DNA from: Antedon mediterranea
Taxonomy: Eukaryota > Animalia > Echinodermata
DNA: 64,000 nucleotides
Reading direction: 5' to 3'
Assembly: GCF_964355755.1 (NCBI RefSeq)
Contig: NC_092671.1
Span: 19,096,001 to 19,160,000, forward strand
Part shown: in pieces, positions 62,201 through 64,000 of the stretch
How positions within the stretch are numbered: position 1 is the stretch's first letter
How the letters are laid out: the number at the start of each line of letters is the position of its first letter
The notes under the pieces: model-generated
Database searches by the model: none
What the model saw: the letters and a program-made list of their open reading frames with translations, nothing else
Told to the model about the DNA's origin: nothing
Made by a program: the position numbers and the translations under genes

Positions 62201-64000
62201 CATAAGTGGTTAAATTAGTTGTGGGTGATAGCATTGGACAATGACAACATAGGCAGTACATTGTAGGCTTTTGTTAATACTGTGGCTAGGAACCTGTCAG
62301 TCATCAATAAGAACAGGAAATATATTTATATGAAGAGATTTTATTAAAGTAGAGGTACAGAAAGTCCTGTAAATAGTCCTGGTATAATCCCATCCCATAC
62401 TTGTACTTAAGTTCAGCATTAATTTAAAGCTCATTTTACAAGGCTTAAAATGTGGCATACTGTACAATGCTAGCAAACCTCACTAACGGAATCATACTAA
62501 GTTGTCTGCGACACTCTGTCAATTTACATAAATATTATTATCTTTGAATGTAATTAAGAACATCCCAAAAACACTGGTAATATTGTAAGTATGATGTACC
62601 AAAGTACTGTATTGCAATATTCAAATATTGTAAAAAGCAAAATGACCAGTAGGAACATTCAGAAATGGATGACGGAACAGATGGAAAAATGATGGAATGA
62701 ATACAATGATAAGGTACGAGCATAATTGTCAATCAAGAAAATAATACCACTTTGTAGAAATGATTTGTTAATTTAGTGAATAATTTGACTGATATAATTT
62801 GGTTGATATGATATTGTTATTTTCTCCATTGAAAGATTAGCTGTACTCTGATATCATGTTGAAAAGAACAGTCAATCTTTTAGTAAACGCATGAAAATAT
62901 AATAAACATAAACCAATTTTACTTTTGTATACTACTAGTGGTGCTGATGTTTTTTTAATGTAATAGATCAAATAGAAATATATTAAAAATCCAACAACCA
63001 ACCAAACAGGAAAAAGTTAAAAACAAAATAAAATTTCAAAATGCATTACAGTATATAGTTTTACTTTAGTAATGATACCCATATATAGAAACACAGAAAT
63101 GTATCAAATGAAATGAAATATGCATGACGAAAAAGATTTTTTTAAATCAAGATAACGGAAAGAAAACGAGATTGTGATTTGTCCGATGTTTGCTTAAACC
63201 TCTGTAGCCAGAAAGACTGATTCCGAGCCATCTATAAGTGGGTATAGAAGGTTCTATTTCCTACAGGAATAAGGTAATTGAGACCTACTCTCCCAAAAGA
63301 CCATGTGTAGAAAACACTCAACAGAAAAAAGTTGTACCAAGTTGGTGAATTCTCAGCAGAAGGTGCTCCATACCAATTCACATAATTTGTCTATTAATTA
63401 ACTAATTATTAAACTAATTAACTGATAACTGACACTAATCAATTATGCTGTTATCCATCAATCAAACTTATGCTGTATATTCTCACTTGATTGTCACATG
63501 ATTGGCAGTTAACATTTTTATTTCAAATAATAATAAATATTCGTTTTGTATAACCCTAGTTAAGACTCTACTTTGACTTCTATTTTGATCTTTTGTCCAA
63601 ACTTTATACACCTGGCATATGAAAATTAATTTTTTTTTTTCAGTCTTTTTTCCATTTTGTAGATGGATTCTTATACCTGTATTATCGCCATATAAAAAAT
63701 AGATCAATAAAGTGGGACTTAAAACTTAATATTTTTTTTAAAGGCAAATATTAATAATATGAATTTGTTTAAATGCATAACATTTAAACTATTTCTAAAT
63801 AGAGCATGGGAAAAAATATTGAAATGAAATAAACAGGAAAATAGTTTGATTCAATGTTATTAAATTAACTATACATTCATGTTTAATTATGATTTCATAG
63901 ATGAGAAAACTTGTACCTTCAAGAAAATATTTTAGTCTTTATCTATGGCATCACTTAAAACAAACTTGTAAAGGAAGACGGTGTTTTTATAGCAAACACA

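Overview
This is AT-rich, intron-containing animal DNA, not prokaryotic. The frequent TAGGCCTA motif and the transposon repertoire suggest a marine invertebrate (inference only). Two spliced minus-strand genes can be built by hand from GT-AG exons with matching phases. The first is a secreted/lysosomal-type histidine acid phosphatase: 7 exons at 10235->2336, a signal peptide and the RHGKRTP motif; the HD-containing 3' exons were not found and probably lie left of the window. The second is a large multi-zinc-finger protein (exons 19046-18911, 18428-16133, 15926-13763). It most simply starts with a THAP-domain exon at 25984-25664, giving about 1638 aa with THAP, an NLS, SUMO-consensus motifs and about 16 C2H2/C2HC fingers that include internally duplicated modules. 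The rest of the window is dominated by mobile DNA: a 5'-truncated Tx1/L1-like LINE with a 10-bp TSD nested in a DINE-1/Helentron-like element, two mini copies of that element, a decayed Sola2-like transposase, a CR1 fragment, and many MITEs (Harbinger-like, piggyBac-like, Kolobok-like, TA-flanked), several of them nested. There is also a homogeneous 54-bp minisatellite of about 40 copies. No coding exons were recognised with confidence between about 31 and 64 kb. All calls were made by eye and no database searches were run.
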